DNA of 63,582 bases, counting the filler, from Chiloscyllium plagiosum (Eukaryota), in the NCBI RefSeq assembly GCF_004010195.1. It is 6 parts of one record of this genome, joined end to end, with 100 filler letters (N's around TTAATTAATTAA, not from the genome) between each part and the next. Parts side by side here need not be neighbours in the genome. Positions count along the whole stretch, not along the records: positions 37,370 to 52,034 come from NC_057710.1; 5 more parts are not named here. One strand, given 5' to 3'. Position 1 is the stretch's first letter. Every line of letters begins with the position of its first letter. The translations under genes were made by a program, and so were the position numbers. Below, in pieces: positions 37,675-50,711 of the stretch. The notes beneath the pieces were generated by a model. That model was not told the DNA's origin. It did not search any database and was given only the letters and a program-made list of their open reading frames with translations.

Positions 37675-38071
37675 CTGAGACAGAAATTACCCGTGAGAAC
37701 GACATAGGGACAGCAGGAGGCCATTCAGCCCCTAGAGGCTGGTACAAAGAAAGAGCAGGAGGCCATTCAGCCACCTGAGGTTGGTACAAAGAAAGAGCAG
37801 GAGGCCATTCAGCCCCTCAAATCTGTTGCAGTGGAACCACAGGAGGCCATTCAGCCCCTCAAGCCTGTTATACTGGGACAGGAGGAGGTTGTGGTCCATT
37901 TTGGTATTAACAAAGTAGGCAGAGAGATAGAGATGAGGTCCTGCAAAGGGATGCCAGGGTAGGGGAATTGGAAAGGCAGGAGCTGTTGGGTTATAATCTT
38001 GGGATTACTCACTGTGCCACATTACAGTGAGGCTAGGAGCAGGCAGTTGGTTCAGGTAAATACACAGCCTA

Positions 38072-38359
<288 letters not shown>

Positions 38360-38365
38360 TTAGAA

Positions 38366-39860
38366 ACATCCCAGCACACTCCCTCCTCAAACTATCACAC
38401 TCCCTCCACATCCCAGCACACTCCCTCCACATCCCAGCACACTCCCTCCACATCCCAGCACACTCCCTCCTCAAACTATCACACTCCCTCCACATCCCAG
38501 CACACTCCCTCCTCAAACTATCACACTCCCTCCACATCCCAGCACACTCCCTCCTCAAACTATCACACTCCCTCCACATCCCAGCACACTCCCTCCTCAA
38601 ACTATCACACTCCCTCCACATCCCAGCACACTCCCTCCTCAAACTATCACACTCCCTCCACATCCCAGCACACTCCCTCCTCAAACTATCACACTCCCTC
38701 CACATCCCAGCACACTCCCTCCTCAAACTATCACACTCCCTCCACATCCCAGCACACTCCCTCCTCAAACTATCACACTCCCTCCACATCCCAGCACACT
38801 CCCTCCTCAAACTATCACACTCCCTCCACATCCCAGCACACTCCCTCCTCAAACTATCACACTCCCTCCACATCCCAGCACACTCCCTCCTCAAACTATC
38901 ACACTCCCTCCACATCCCAGCACACTCCCTCCTCAAACTATCACACTCCCTCCACATCCCAGCACACTCCCTCCTCAAACTATCACACTCCCTCCACATC
39001 CCAGCACACTCCCTCCTCAAACTATCACACTCCCTCCACATCCCAGCACACTCCCTCCTCAAACTATCACACTCCCTCCACATCCCAGCACACTCCCTCC
39101 TCAAACTATCACACTCCCTCCACATCCCAGCACACTCCCTCCTCAAACTATCACACTCCCTCCACATCCCAGCACACTCCCTCCTCAAACTATCACACTC
39201 CCTCCACATCCCAGCACACTCCCTCCTCAAACTATCACACTCCCTCCACATCCCAGCACACTCCCTCCTCAAACTATCACACTCCCTCCACATCCCAGCA
39301 CACTCCCTCCTCAAACTATCACACTCCCTCCACATCCCAGCACACTCCCTCCTCAAACTATCACACTCCCTCCACATCCCAGCACACTCCCTCCTCAAAC
39401 TATCACACTCCCTCCACATCCCAGCACACTCCCTCCTCAAACTATCACACTCCCTCCACATCCCAGCACACTCCCTCCTCAAACTATCACACTCCCTCCA
39501 CATCCCAGCACACTCCCTCCTCAAACTATCACACTCCCTCCACATCCCAGCACACTCCCTCCTCAAACTATCACACTCCCTCCACATCCCAGCACACTCC
39601 CTCCTCAAACTATCACACTCCCTCCACATCCCAGCACACTCCCTCCTCAAACTATCACACTCCCTCCACATCCCAGCACACTCCCTCCTCAAACTATCAC
39701 ACTCCCTCCACATCCCAGCACACTCCCTCCTCAAACTATCACACTCCCTCCACATCCCAGCACACTCCCTCCTCAAACTATCACACTCCCTCCACATCCC
39801 AGCACACTCCCTCCTCAAACTATCACACTCCTCCCTAATCCCAGCACACTCTCTCTCCCT
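38366..39860. repeat. 42-bp intronic minisatellite (two related 21-mers), about 35 copies
   Basis: Unit cacatcccagcacactccctcctcaaactatcacactccctc, lying between two V-ATPase B exons. Confidence 0.98.
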
Positions 39861-39889
39861 AATCCTATCACGATGCCTCATTTTGTTCA

Positions 39890-40190
39890 TTCACAGGAGG
39901 TGGGTGTCACTAGAGCAACACTTATTGCCCATCCCTAATTGCCTGGGTTGGGGGTGGGGGGGGGATTGCTGTGAGTCTGGAGTCACATGTCGGCCAGTTT
40001 CCCTTCCCTAAATAGCATCAGTGAACCAGGTGGATTTTCTTGGTCAACAATTAACAATCATCATTAGACTCTTAATTCCACATGAATTCAAATTCCCCAA
40101 TCTGCCATGGTGGGATTTGAACGTGGGTCCCCAGGACATTAGCTGGGTTTTTGGATGAATAAATCTAGCGATAGCACTAGTGGGCCAGCA
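39890..40190 (-). mobile_element. tRNA-derived SINE, second family
   Basis: Reverse complement of the family at 13851 and 48340 (ttattgcccatccctaattgcc...gaattcaaattccccaatctgccatgg). Confidence 0.7.
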
Positions 40191-40214
40191 CCCCCCCCTC
40201 TCATTCTCTCCTCA

Positions 40215-40490
<276 letters not shown>

Positions 40491-41558
40491 CTACACAGGC
40501 AACACTGGGAGCGCGAACTGACCCAATCCATCGGTCTGTTTTCACAGCCCTCCCACTGCAACTATCAGATATCCCCGATCAGNNNNNNNNNNNNNNNNNN
40601 NNNNNNNNNNNNNNNNNNNNNNNNNNNNNNNNNNNNNNNNNNNNNNNNNNNNNNNNNNNNNNNNNNNNNNNNNNNNNNNNNNNNNNNNNNNNNNNNNNNN
40701 NNNNNNNNNNNNNNNNNNNNNNNNNNNNNNNNNNNNNNNNNNNNNNNNNNNNNNNNNNNNNNNNNNNNNNNNNNNNNNNNNNNNNNNNNNNNNNNNNNNN
40801 NNNNNNNNNNNNNNNNNNNNNNNNNNNNNNNNNNNNNNNNNNNNNNNNNNNNNNNNNNNNNNNNNNNNNNNNNNNNNNNNNNNNNNNNNNNNNNNNNNNN
40901 NNNNNNNNNNNNNNNNNNNNNNNNNNNNNNNNNNNNNNNNNNNNNNNNNNNNNNNNNNNNNNNNNNNNNNNNNNNNNNNNNNNNNNNNNNNNNNNNNNNN
41001 NNNNNNNNNNNNNNNNNNNNNNNNNNNNNNNNNNNNNNNNNNNNNNNNNNNNNNNNNNNNNNNNNNNNNNNNNNNNNNNNNNAAACATCGACTCTCCTGC
41101 TCCTCGGGTGCTGCCTGACCTGCTGTGCTTTTCCAGCCCCACACTTTTTGACTCTTCGTCACTATCCTATCCACCTGCGACTCCACTTTCAAGGAGCTAT
41201 GAACCTGCGCTCCAAGGTCTCTTTATTCAGCCACACTCCACAGGACCTTACCATTAAGTGTATAAGTCCTACCCGGATTTGCCTTTCCAAAATGCATCAC
41301 CTCGCATTTATCTGAATTAAACTCCATCTGCCACTTCTCAGCCCATTGGCCCATCTGGTCCAGATCCTGTTGTAATCTGAGGTAACCCTCTTCGCTGTCC
41401 ACTATACCTCCAATTTTGGTGTCATCTGCAAACTTACTAACTGTACCTCTTATGCTCGCATCCAAATCATTTATGTAAATGATGAAAAACAGTGGACCCA
41501 GCACCGATCTTTGTGGCACTCCACTGGTCACAGGCCTCCAGTCTGAAAAACAACCCTC

Positions 41559-42059
41559 TATGATGATGCCATCACTTTAAGAAGGCTATTTTGTCATTGG
41601 TTTTTTTTTGAAGAGAGATAGTAAAAGTAGAGGTGCCGAGGAGTCTGGGGGGTTAACAGTTTAATAACAGCTCTCCCAGTTCAGTTTTTTATAGTTTTTG
41701 TTAAGCTGTAGCAGTCACGGATGTTGTTCCCTCCTATCCGTAAGAATCTGTTTTTGAACTTAACTTTTTCCAAGCCACGTTTTTATGGTATGTTACTGTA
41801 ACAGAACAGATAATGAGTTAAGTTGTTGTTTCAGGTCGGTTCAGTTTTCTAATGGTTAAGTTACTCTAAATTCTGCTTTTCTTTGTTCATGTTTCAACTG
41901 TAGTGTTTAAATAAATTCTGTTTTGCTTAAAGCAAGTGGATTGACCAGGTGCATCACGCCTGGAACACCCGCGTCACATCCGTCTTTAGCGTCAGGAAAA
42001 GTTAAGGTCTACGTTACCACCTTAACATATTTTGAAAGGGTCTGGCCTGACCCATAACA
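41559..42059. mobile_element. Solo LTR (Gypsy-like), about 500 bp
   Basis: tatgatgatg...cataaca, flanked by a 4-bp direct repeat CCTC. The CR1 sequence is continuous once it is removed. An AATAAA lies near 41910. Confidence 0.75.
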
Positions 42060-42198
42060 CCTCCACCACCCTCTGTCTCCTACCTCTGAGCCAGTTCTGT
42101 GTCTAAGTAGCTAGTTCTCCCTGTTTTCCACGTGATCTAACCTTGCTAACCAGTCTCCCATGAGGAACCTTGTCAAACGCCTTACTGAAGTCCACATA

Positions 42199-42370
42199 CA
42201 GAGGAACCACGATTATCTGATGGACAGAAGTGGGGAGTATTTCATTTTGTTAATCAAATACCAGTAATCGATGTCGGATAACATAACTAGCCAAGTATTG
42301 GGACCTTACGATCTTGTTTGGATAATCTGAAATGCGGTTAATCGAATGCCGAACAATTAAGGTTCCTCTG
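42199..42370. mobile_element. Tc1/mariner (Tigger/pogo-like) MITE, 172 bp
   Basis: TA|cagaggaacc...ggttcctctg|TA, with a 10-bp perfect TIR and TA duplication. It interrupts the CR1 at the DVIY/MDFSK junction. Confidence 0.85.
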
Positions 42371-43110
42371 TAGATTACGTCCATCGCTCTGCCCTCATCA
42401 ATCCTCTTTGTTACTTCTTCAAAAAACTCCATTAAGTTAGTGAAACACTAACTGGAATGAAATTCCCACACAAACTTTTGCTTCATTGGTAAACAGACAA
42501 TTTGGTACAACACTGGAGTTAGGAACAAAAGGCCTTCTGTTTAATCTCTCTGTGCCCAGCTGAGCTTGGGTGGGGATAAGATCAGCAATACAGTGCCACC
42601 CATTGGAAAGGATATCAGGCAAATGTAGATATCAGGCAAGGAGCAAATTGAATTTATTGTCACGTGTACCAAGGCACAGTGAAAAGCTTTGTCACTCTCT
42701 GACTCTCCGAACCGAAATGAAACTATCACCCAGTGCCTTCAGGAGAGAAAACGGGAAGGAAGGAGTGAATGTGGAACAGTAAATCTCCGGGATATAACAG
42801 CTCAAAAGATTCTAAAATCCACCAGTTCGTTGAGCCATTAATCTTTTACCTCCCCCTTTATAACTTTGGCATGTCTTCCTTACATGGAATCAGTTAACCT
42901 TTTGTCAGTATTAGGTGAACCATAACATCCATCAGCTTTTGAATTTTCAGTAATTAGCGCTGGACATAACTCCCAGAAATCACATGGTGGAACCATTTTT
43001 AACCAGCATATCGAGTTCCTCATAGTTCGTTATTAAAAATAGATTTTCTCAGTACGGAGTTTGAGAGGAAGGAGCATTAATGACTGAGTCAGATATTGGG
43101 GGTGGGTTTT

Positions 43111-43426
43111 GGATTAGATTACTTACAGTGTAGAAACAGGCCCTTCGGTCCAACAAGTCCACACCGACCTGCCGAAGCGCAACCCACCCAGACCCATACC
43201 CCTACATTTACCCCTTACCTAACACTACGGGCAGTTTATCATGGCCAATTCACCTGACCTGCACATCTTTGGACTGTGGGAGGAAACCGGAGCACCCGGA
43301 GGAAACTCACGCAGACACGGGGAGAATGTGCAAACTCCACACAGTCAGTTGCCTGAGGCGGGAATTGAACCCGGGTCTCTGGCTCTGTGAGGCAACAGTG
43401 TTAACCACTGGGCCACCGTGCCGCCC
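43111..43426 (-). mobile_element. HE1-type V-SINE, full length
   Basis: Reverse complement of the 24222 copy. Confidence 0.92.
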
Positions 43427-43663
43427 AGTAACATCCTTTTGTTGAGAAGGATTAAGATAGGTTCTTGATGAGTGGGGGGTGGGGGCAAGGGTTATGGGGA
43501 GAAGGCAGGAGAACGATCTTGAGAAACATATCAGCCATGATCGAATGGTGGAGCAGAATCGATGGGCTGAATGGCCTACTTTTGTTCCTGTACCTTATGG
43601 TTTTATGGAGAGAATCATTGTGAGGATCGAAAAAGCAATTTTGATGGCTATTTTCTTTTTCAG

Positions 43664-43730
43664 GATGCGTACAGAACCCAGCCCTTGGAGATGAATGAGT
43701 CCGAGATGGTGCGGAAGGAGCTGGAACAGA
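43664..43730 (+). CDS. Probable exon of the shootin-like gene
   Basis: Strong acceptor ttttctttttcag and donor gtgagt. 67 nt encoding DAYRTQPLEMNESEMVRKELEQ+1. The phase-1 end fits the next exon. Sequence similarity to SHTN1 is weak. Confidence 0.6.
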
Positions 43731-45752
43731 GTGAGTTTCTGATCCTGATGTTAGAAACGCCACGTCTGTGTCAGGAACTTGTGACATTTTCAGTCATTAA
43801 TGGGGGGGATATCAGGATTAAACCAAACTGGGCCACAGAGGGGAGGGTGGGAAGATAGGACAGGTCAAGTGAGGGGAAGAGACATGGTCAGAGGGTCAGT
43901 GTGCCATCAGCTGGCAACGGATGGAGAGAACGTCAGACATAGGAGAGAAAGAAAGAGAGACAGAGAGATAGAGAGATAAAGGAGACAAGATCAGACTGGA
44001 CCAGCAGCAAGAGGGTCAGACTGGATGGGGAGAGAGAGAGAGAGAGAGGGTCAGACTGGATGGAAAGAGAGAGACAGACAGACAGAGAGGTCAGACTGGA
44101 TGGAGGGAGACAGGATCAAGTTTAGTTTCCTGAATTCTAGCTATTGGACTGATAACCAACATGTCCCATCACGTGACCACAGTGATTCTGACTTATTTTC
44201 CCATCTCAGACTGATCGCCTCCCACTTCCTGCTCTTCAGAACCTGGAGGGGTCCCACATGGCACCAACCTGACCCTTTCAGGGTGATCCACCAGGTCTCG
44301 GTTTCTCCACAAGAAGGCCCCATTTCTCCAGCTCTACCCGAACCTGTTTGTACATGGTTCTAGCAGCACAGGAATCTGAATAAAACACTTACTGAGCAGT
44401 CGGCTTAAACCCTACTGTCTCCGTTTGAGAATTCGGGAATGACAGTTACACCACAGTAAAAGTGATCATGAATCTGTCAGCTGTCAGAAAACCCCATTAG
44501 GTCACTCAGTCCTCCAATCAGGGGAAATGTAGAGTAATAGGGGAGGGGAATGGGTCTGGGTGGGATTCTCGGTGTGGACTTGTCGGGCCGAAGGGCCTGT
44601 TTCCACACTGTAGAGATTCTAATTCCAATTCTAATGAGAAGGTTTAGTGTCCTTATCCAGTCTGCCCCACAGAGGAAGGCAGGGAGCTGAGTGACTGGAA
44701 TACTATTACAGAACTCTGGGGTCGTGTCTTTGTATGACCCTGTTCACCAGCTGCTGAGGGTAAACGTGGAGGTGCAGACGGCGATGAAGAAGGGAAATGG
44801 TCTATTGGCCTTGATAGAGAGAGGGTTCGAATACAGGAACAATTCTACAGGTCCTGATGAAGGGCTTTTGCCTGAAACGTCGATCGCGAAGCTCCTTGGA
44901 TGCTGCCTGAACTGCTGTGCTCTTCCAGCACCACTAATCCAGAAAATGGACGATGTTCCTGGTGACTGGGGAGTCCAGAACCAGGGGGTCACAGTCTAAG
45001 GATAGAGGGTTGGCCATTTTGGATTGAGCTGAGGAGAAATGTCTTCACCCTGCGCGTGGTGAAAGCAGTTGAAGCCAAAACATTAGATGTTTCCAAGAAG
45101 GAGTTAGGTTTGTTTTGCAGGCTAAAGGGATCAAAGGGCGTGAGGGAAAAAACGGGAACAGGGGACCGAGTTGGATGATCAGCCATGATGGTAATGAATG
45201 GTGGAGCAGGCTCGAAGGGCCGAATGGCCTACTGCTGCCCCTAGTCTCTATGTTTCAGTGACTGTGGACTCAGAGCTTCTCAGTAAAGGGCCATTCCTCT
45301 GGAAGTGGCTCAGCAGAAACGCTGAAGAGTGAGCCCCCTTCCTCAGTTTTCTGTCTGATGAGATGAGATGATGGCTTGGGTTAAATCCCTCTCGGCTTAG
45401 CTCAGAACCTGCCGTGCTTCCCTCAGATGAAGGCTGGGGAGTTGGGGGGGGTGGGGATGCTGAGAAACTGGCTTCCCCCGGTCTCTGGGCCTTCAGCTCT
45501 GCTCTGCTCTGCTCGTCCAACGCCCACTCAAACGGTCACCCTCCAGAGGCCACAGCAGCTGGTGACTGTCCCAGTTGGCTGTGGCAATGACCAATCACAT
45601 TACACCTCACTGGCAGGTGACCAAGAGGCTGTGAGCCAATTGCCATTAAACCGTGTGGGTAGACATTATTAGTTTCACGCTGAGGAGATGCTGGTGGCAC
45701 TCAGACCCTCTGAGTTGGTGACACAGGCATTGTCAGAAACCAGGAAAGAGCA

Positions 45753-47265
45753 GGTAAAAACAAGGGCTGCAGACGCTGGAAACCAGATTCTAGATCAGAG
45801 TGGTGCTGGAAAAGCACAGCAGGTCAAGCAGCATCCGAGGAGCAGGAAAATCAACGTTTCGGGCAAAAGCCCTTCATCAGGAATAGAGGCGGAGTGCCTG
45901 CAGGGTGGAGAGAGAAATGAGAGGAGGGTGGGGGTGGAGAGAAAGTANNNNNNNNNNNNNNNNNNNNNNNNNNNNNNNNNNNNNNNNNNNNNNNNNNNNN
46001 NNNNNNNNNNNNNNNNNNNNNNNNNNNNNTCTGGTGGTGAGGGAACGGCAGTGAAGGAGGCCCAGGACTTCCATGTCCTCGGCAGAGTGGGATGGGGAGT
46101 GAAAATGTTCAGCCACGGGGCGGTGTGGTTGATTGGTGCGGGTGTCCTGGAGATGTTCCCTAAAGTGCTCTGCAATAAGGCGTCCAGTCTCACCAATGTA
46201 GAGGAGACCGCATCGGGAGCAACGGATACAATAAATGATATTAGTGGATGTGCAGGTAAAACTTTGATGGATGTGGAAGGCTCCTTTAGGATCTTAGATG
46301 GAGGGCGCAGGTTTTACAGTTCCTGCGGTGGCAGGGGAAGGTGCCAGGATGGGAGAGAGGGTTGTAGGGGGCCGTGGACCTGACAAGGTGGTCACGGAGG
46401 GAACGGTCTTTGCGGAAGGCGGAGAGGGGTGGGGAGGGAAATATATCCCTGGTGGTGGGGTCTGTTTGGAGGTGGTGGAAATGTCGGCAGATGATTTGGT
46501 TTATGCGAAGGTTGGTAGGGTGGAAGGTGAGCACCAGGGGCGTTCTGTCCTTGTTACGGTTGGAAGGGTGGGGTCTGAGGGCGGAGGTGCAGGATGTAGA
46601 CGAGATGCGTTGGAGGGCGGTAGGAAGAGGTGTCCTCAAGTTGGTGTTTGGCTTCAGCGGTGTCGAGGTCAGTGCGCCAGACTACCACTGCGCCCCCTTT
46701 ATCCGCTGGTTTGATGGTGGGGTTGGGATTGGAGCAGAGGGATTGGAGGGCTGCGCGTTGTGAGGGTGAGAGGTTGGAGTGGAGGAGGGGAGTCGACAGG
46801 TTGAGGCGGTTAATGTCCCGGCGGCAGTTGGAAATGAAGAGGTCGAGGGCAGGTAATAGGCCAGCGCGGGGTGTCCAGGTGGATGCAGTGTGTTGGAGAT
46901 GGGCGAAGGAGTCCTCGGAAGGTGGGCGGGAGTCCTGATTGGACACCTCCTAGCAGAGCGCTTTAGGGAACATCTCCGGGACACCCGCACCAAACAACCA
47001 CACTGCCCTGTGGCCCAACATTTCAACTCCCCCTCCCACGCTGCCGAGGACATGGACGTCCTGGGCCTCCTTCACCGCCGCTCCCTCACCACCAGACGCC
47101 TGGAGGAAGAACGCCTCATCTTCCGCCTCGGAACACTTCAACCCCAGGGCATCAATGTGGACTTCAACAGTTTCCTCATTTCCCCTCCCCCCACCTCACC
47201 CCAGTTCCAAACTACCAGCTCAGCACTGTCCCCATGACTTGTCCAGACTTGTCCTACCTGCCTAT
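45753..47265. mobile_element. Rearranged Penelope-like element: minus-strand body plus an inverted plus-strand GIY-YIG/3' segment
   Basis: Minus: TIKPADKGGAVVVWR and DRTPLVLTFHP...GTFPCHRRNCKTC. Plus from about 46935: LAERFREHL...PVAQHFNSPSH...LEEERLIFRLGTLQPQGINVDF. Confidence 0.88.
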
Positions 47266-47745
47266 NNNNNNNNNNNNNNNNNNNNNNNNNNNNNNNNNNN
47301 NNNNNNNNNNNNNNNNNNNNNNNNNNNNNNNNNNNNNNNNNNNNNNNNNNNNNNNNNNNNNNNNNNNNNNNNNNNNNNNNNNNNNNNNNNNNNNNNNNNN
47401 NNNNNNNNNNNNNNNNNNNNNNNNNNNNNNNNNNNNNNNNNNNNNNNNNNNNNNNNNNNNNNNNNNNNNNNNNNNNNNNNNNNNNNNNNNNNNNNNNNNN
47501 NNNNNNNNNNNNNNNNNNNNNNNNNNNNNNNNNNNNNNNNNNNNNNNNNNNNNNNNNNNNNNNNNNNNNNNNNNNNNNNNNNNNNNNNNNNNNNNNNNNN
47601 NNNNNNNNNNNNNNNNNNNNNNNNNNNNNNNNNNNNNNNNNNNNNNNNNNNNNNNNNNNNNNNNNNNNNNNNNNNNNNNNNNNNNNNNNNNNNNNNNNNN
47701 NNNNNNNNNNNNNNNNNNNNNNNNNNNNNNNNNNNNNNNNNNNNN

Positions 47746-47965
47746 CTCTCTCAAACACACACAAACACATACATATATACACATTCACACACACTCCACA
47801 CACGCGCGCGAGCACACACACACACAAAGACACAAGCGCACTCTCACAGAAACACACACACACACTTTCACACACACACACTTTCACATACACTCACACA
47901 TACACAATTTCACGCACATACACTTTCACACACGTGCACGCACACACTTTCACAGATACACACAC
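47746..47965. repeat. Degenerate (CA)n microsatellite
   Basis: CA-rich low-complexity tract. Confidence 0.9.
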
Positions 47966-48071
47966 CCTGAACGAATCTTAAACTACTCAGAAGTATCCCT
48001 CTGATAATGTAACCTGTGCAGTGTAATCCTGGTGCAGTCTCGTTCCTAACATGCTATCCTGTCTTTTACAG

Positions 48072-48166
48072 CTTCCATGGACCTGATTGCACAGCTGGAG
48101 GAGCTGGAGACACAGCTGGAGATAGAAAAAGCTTGCCGTGAGAATGCAGAAGTATTTGCTGTTAAG
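48072..48166 (+). CDS. SHTN1-like: Shootin-family (SHTN1-like) coiled-coil protein, internal exon
   Basis: tcttttacag|xSMDLIAQLEELETQLEIEKACRENAEVFAVK|gtgcat, 95 nt. It aligns to recalled human shootin-1 SHMVIEEVNFMQNHLEIEKTCRESAEALATK. Confidence 0.85.
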
Positions 48167-48339
48167 GTGCATTTTGGTATGAGGAGGGTCAGCAGAAATT
48201 AGACAACTCTAAAACTAGCATTGCAGCTACCGGAGGGCTCTGTACACGCAGGTATCTTTGAAGGTAGCAGGAGGTAGTTATCAAACATTAGCTCAATTGA
48301 TCGGCGTATCGATTAGGCAAGAAGCTACATTAAACTGGA

Positions 48340-48690
48340 TGTGATGGCCCAGTGGTATTATACCAAGACTGTAAATCCAGAGACTCAGGTAATGGTCCTG
48401 GGGACCTGGGTTTGAATCCCAACATGGCAGATAATAGAATTTTAATCCAATTAAAACAAAAATCTGGAATTAAGAGTCTATTGATGACCATGAATCAATT
48501 ATTGAGGAAAAACAAAATCCATCTGGCTCACTCAGGAAGGAAACTGCCATTCTTGCCTAGTCTGGCCTACACGTGACTCCAGACCCACAGCAACGTAGTT
48601 GGCTCTTAGCTGCCCTCTCGGCTATTAGGGATGGGCAATAAATGCTGGCCTAGCCAGTGATGCCCTCATCCCATGAATGCATAAATGAAA
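48340..48690 (+). mobile_element. tRNA-derived SINE, second family
   Basis: Head gatggcccagtggtatta...gggtttgaatccc and tail attagggatgggcaataaatgctggcc. Confidence 0.8.
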
Positions 48691-49527
48691 ACACTTCCAA
48701 ACCACAGGATAGGCCTCAATGGAGGGCAATAATCCATCTAGGCCTTGTACCTGAGGAGAGGGAGAGTGTAGGAGAGATTCACCAGAATGTTCCAGAAACA
48801 TGGCGTAGCTAATCTAACAGCGGAAAAGACGGAGTGGAGATCTTTGATGGAGGTGTTGAAATCCGTGAGGGTTTTTGATGGAGCAAGTCAGGGGACATGT
48901 TGCCCAGAGCTGAAAATGTGTTGCTGGAAAAGCACAGCAGGTCAGGCAGCATCCAAGGAACAGGAGAATCGATGTTTCGGGCATAAGTCCTTCTTCAGGA
49001 AGAAGGGCTCAATACCGAAACGTCGAATCTCCTTCTCCTTTGATGCTGCCTGACCTCTGCAGCTTCTGCAGCCCTCACTTTCTCCTCGAAGACATGTTGC
49101 CCAGGTCAGGGTAAGGGTTTAATGGGGTTCGGGGAGTTGGAGCTGTGGATGGTTGGTGGTAACCAGAGTTACTTTAATCACATGACTTGTTATGATCCGG
49201 GATGATCTACCTGAGGAGCAGATTCAGCAATACCTCTCAACAGGGAACTGGATAAGGCTTTGAAGGGTTATGTTCAGGCCCCTGGGGAAAGAATGAAGGG
49301 ATAGAATTAGGTCAATAGCTCTCCAGAAGAGCAGGGATAGAGACGATGGGTTGAATAGCCTTCTCTTGCCTTCCCCCTCTGTAAGATTCTGTAAATGTAA
49401 TCCAGGAGCTGAGTTTGAATGGTAGTTCCCATGCTCTGTATATCATGGAGTTGAGTGTGGATGATGGTTTGAAGTTTTCCATGCTGATACAGGAGGGCTC
49501 TCTGCTTTCTTTTTGCACTTCATACAG

Positions 49528-49684
49528 CTGACCAAGGAGAACCACAAACTCCAGCGCCTGAGCCTGGCTCTGCAGCCTGTCTGGGAGCAGCTGCCCATCG
49601 ACATCACCCAGCTCGGCCTTACCGATGATGAAGCTGGTGATGCCATCACTGAGCCCAACCTACCGGACCCACTCCAGCTTCAAG
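49528..49684 (+). CDS. SHTN1-like: Shootin-family protein, next exon
   Basis: Acceptor tttctttttgcacttcatacag, then LTKENHKLQRLSLALQPVWEQLPIDITQLGLTDDEAGD..., compared with shootin-1 LNKENKTLKRISML...EINIDDED. The probable donor is caag|gtgaca (phase 1); this end is less certain. Confidence 0.8.
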
Positions 49685-49747
49685 GTGACACAGACCCACC
49701 CCATTCACTGTGTTCACAGGGCAAACATATTAACCTGTTCCATCTGT

Positions 49748-50200
49748 GAGAGTGAGTCTGTGTGTGTGTGTTAGTGTGTGTACTTAAATGCAGATAAGTG
49801 TGTGTGTATATATGTGAGACAGAGTGTGCGCGTGTGGAAATGTGTGTGTGAGTATGTGCATGTGTGTGCGTATTTATGTGTGTGTATATGTGTAAGAGAG
49901 TGTGTGTGTGAGAGAGAGAGAGTGTGCACATGTCTGTGTGTATGTAAATCTGTGTGTGAGAGTGAGTGTGTGTATGTGTGTGTGACAGAATATGCATGTT
50001 AGTGTGTGTGTATGTGTATGTGTGAGAGAGAGAGAGTTAGAGTGCGTGTGCGTTTGTGTGTGTGACAGAGTGAGTGAGAGTGAGCGTGTGTCTATAAGCG
50101 TATGTGTATATATGTGAGAGTGAGTGAGTGTTTGTGTATATGTGTGTGTAAGACAGAGAGTGTGTGTGTGTGTGTAAGACAGAGAGTGTGTGTGTGTGAT
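49748..50200. repeat. Degenerate (GT/GA)n microsatellite
   Basis: Low-complexity tract. Confidence 0.9.
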
Positions 50201-50711
50201 TTGATTTAATTTGATTTATTATTGTACCGACATTCAGTGAAAAGTGTTGTTTTGCTTGCTGACTAGGCAAATCATACCTTACATAAATACATCAGGGAAA
50301 TAGGACAGAATGCAGACTATAGTGTTACAGCTGCAGGGAGAGTACAGAGAAACACCAACTCTAGGATATGAGAGGTCCATGCATAAGTCAGATAATAGCG
50401 GGAAGAAAGGTGAACACAAGGGTAGTGTTCATATTACTGCACAGGGTCCAGCACTCAGAGCCTGATTATTTCTATTGGTGACAGGGGATTAATGTTCCAT
50501 TATTGAAATAAATGTGAACTAAAGAGAAATGGATGAATGAGTAACTACCAGGCTGTCATTTTAAAACAAAACATTCAGGGAAGGACCTGGCCATCCTTAT
50601 CCTCTGTGGTCTACATGTGACTCCCTCCCCACAGCAATGTGGATGGCTGCAAATTGTTCTCACACATTGGTTGCATCAAAATGCTATCAAGACAGGCTGC
50701 TCTGGTTTGAG

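Larger units (their letters stand above)
41160..42450 (-). mobile_element. CR1 RT fragment hosting a solo LTR and a MITE
   Basis: [22 protein letters not shown]...[11 protein letters not shown] and EFFEEVTKRIDEGRAMDVIY. Confidence 0.9.
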
